NCBI RefSeq assembly: GCF_009914755.1
Contig: NC_060940.1
Reading direction: 5' to 3' (one strand)
Length of the DNA: 64,000 nt
Source of the DNA: the human T2T-CHM13v2.0 reference genome, Homo sapiens
Positions within the stretch are counted from its first letter, which is position 1. Every line of letters begins with the position of its first letter. Shown here piece by piece: positions 62,368-64,000 of this stretch. The translations under genes and the position numbers were made by a program. A model generated the notes under the pieces. The model ran no database searches and was not told the origin of the DNA. It was given only the letters and a program-made list of their open reading frames with translations.

Positions 62368-63730
62368 CTCAGAACCACCAGGGGGTGCTCCGGACATCAG
62401 GGGGCGCTAAGAACCATCAGGGGATGCTCAGGACACCAGGGGGTGCTCAGGACACCATGGGTTACTCAAAACCACCAGGGGGCGCTCAGAACACAAGGGG
62501 GCACTCAAAACCACCAGAGGGTGCTCAGAACCACCATGGGGCACTGATGACAAGAAGGGATGTTCAGAACCACCTGGGGGTGCGGAGCCTCAGGAAAACA
62601 GCGGGTGCTCAGAACCACCAGGGGGCACTCAGGACACTGGGGTGGGGGTCACTCAGAACCACCAGGGGGCACTCCAGACACGGTGGTGAGGGGTAGCTCA
62701 GGATAGCAGGGGTGCTCAGAACCACCAGGGGGCGCTCAGGACACTGGGGGGGGGTGTGGCGGGGGGGGGTCACAGAGAACCACAAGGGGGCACTCCAGAC
62801 ACAGTGGTGAGGGGTAGCTCAGGATAGCAGGGGTGCTCAGAACCACCAGGGAGCGCTCAGGACACTGGGGGGGGGGGGGGTCACTCAGAACCACCAGGGG
62901 GCACTCCAGACACTGTGGTGAGGGGTAGCTCAGGATAGCAGGGGTGCTCAGAACCACCAGGGGGCACTCAGGACACTTGGTGGGGGTCACTCAGAACCAC
63001 CAGGGGACACTGGAGACACCAGGGAGCCCTCAGGACACTAGGGGGAGCTCAGAAACACCAAAGGGCAATCAAGACACCAGGGGGATCTCAGAACCACCAG
63101 GAGGTGCTCAGGACACCAGGGGTCTCAGAACCACTAGGGTGTGCTCAGAACCACGAGGGGGCCCTCAGGACCCCAGGGGATGCTCAGATCCACTAGGGGG
63201 ATCTTAGGACCCCAGGGGGCTCAGAACCACTAGGGGGTTTTGAGGACACCAGGGGGCGCTCAGGACACCAGGGGGTGCTCAGAACCACCAGGGGGTACTC
63301 AGGAAACCAGGGGACTCAGAACCACTAGGGAGCACTCAGGACATGAGGAGGCACTCAGAACCACCGGGGACGATCGGGACACCAGGTGGTTCAGAACCAC
63401 TAGGGTGTGCTCAGAACCACCAGGGGTGCTCAGAACCCCAGGGGGGCGCTCAGGACACCAGGGGCATCTCAGAATCACCAGGCCGTGCTCAGGACACCGG
63501 GGGGTGCTCAGGACCTCCAGGGGCGCACAGGACGCAAAGGATAGCTCAGAACCTACAGGGGGCGATCAGAACACCAGGGTGCGTTGAGGACAAGGGGCTC
63601 ACAGGACACAACGATGTGCTTAGTAAACCAGGGGTTGCTCACAACCACCAGGGGGTACTCAGGACACCAGGGGGTGCTCAGGAAACCAGGGAGCAGTGAG
63701 GACACCAAGGGGCACTGAGGACACCACTGC
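62368..63730 (+). repeat. G-rich ~20-bp-unit tandem array (CAGAACCACCAGGGGGCGCT / CAGGACACCAGGGGGTGCT) containing CTCF-consensus motifs
   Basis: Dozens of imperfect units; exact CCACCAGGGGGCGC at 62472 and 62722; three ~115-bp higher-order units in 62648-62985. Confidence 0.9.
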
Positions 63731-64000
63731 TCCCTTAGGAGGCAGCTCCAAATCAGGTCCCTGAGTGGGAGCAGGGAGGAGGGTTCCTCTTGTATCTTGC
63801 CACTAACATGGTGGGAGTTTTTCTGCTTCCTTTGTGGTTTCAATCATTGGCAGATTCTTCGGTATAAAGCAGAGCAAGTATAAAGCTCTGCTTTCTTGTA
63901 TTGTGTCATGTTTTTGGCTTTGGATGCTACCAGAATTACGTTGTACTTTGAGAGGATTCATTCATGGTGTGTGCAATAGTGAATGAAAGCGGTAATTTTA

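Noticed and set aside
62800-62917. Extra heptamers CACAGTG (62800) and CACTGTG (62911) as additional RSSs
   Set aside because: No recognisable nonamer at 12 or 23 spacing.
62368-63730. CRISPR-like array, Ig switch region, or repeat-protein ORFs
   Set aside because: No unique spacers and eukaryotic context; unit is not the GAGCT/GGGGT pentamer organisation and no CH exons follow; ORFs are frame-independent repeat translations.

Overview
Human (primate) genomic DNA that reads as a mosaic of two segmental-duplication blocks, joined abruptly at about 49,590. The left block (1-~49,590) is GC-rich with roughly 45 Alus. It carries an unprocessed, intron-containing copy of the 3' half of ARHGAP23 (PH and RhoGAP exons, + strand), followed by what looks like the distal 3' UTR of its chr17 neighbour SRCIN1 on the - strand. 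The ARHGAP23 copy is a pseudogene: all exons found keep GT-AG sites and splice into about 400 open codons, but a 2-nt GA slippage frameshift follows the RhoGAP domain. Two parental segments are not found: the start of the PH domain and the large terminal exon. The right block (~49,590-64,000) is AT-rich and Alu-free, with L1 and THE1 elements. It holds two immunoglobulin heavy-chain V pseudogenes with promoters and 23-RSSs (an IGHV1-14-like gene and a clan III gene), followed by a 1.35-kb tandem array of co-oriented CTCF-consensus motifs. This combination fits the 16p11.2 pericentromeric IGHV-orphon / ARHGAP23-pseudogene duplicons, but that placement is from recall, not alignment. No intact protein-coding gene, RNA gene or CRISPR array is supported. 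The most interesting items are the RSS-adjacent CTCF array, the apparent Alu-mediated exon deletions, and possible new transcription units created by the duplication junction. Comparisons with the parental ARHGAP23 protein are from memory and need alignment. Repeat boundaries are approximate.
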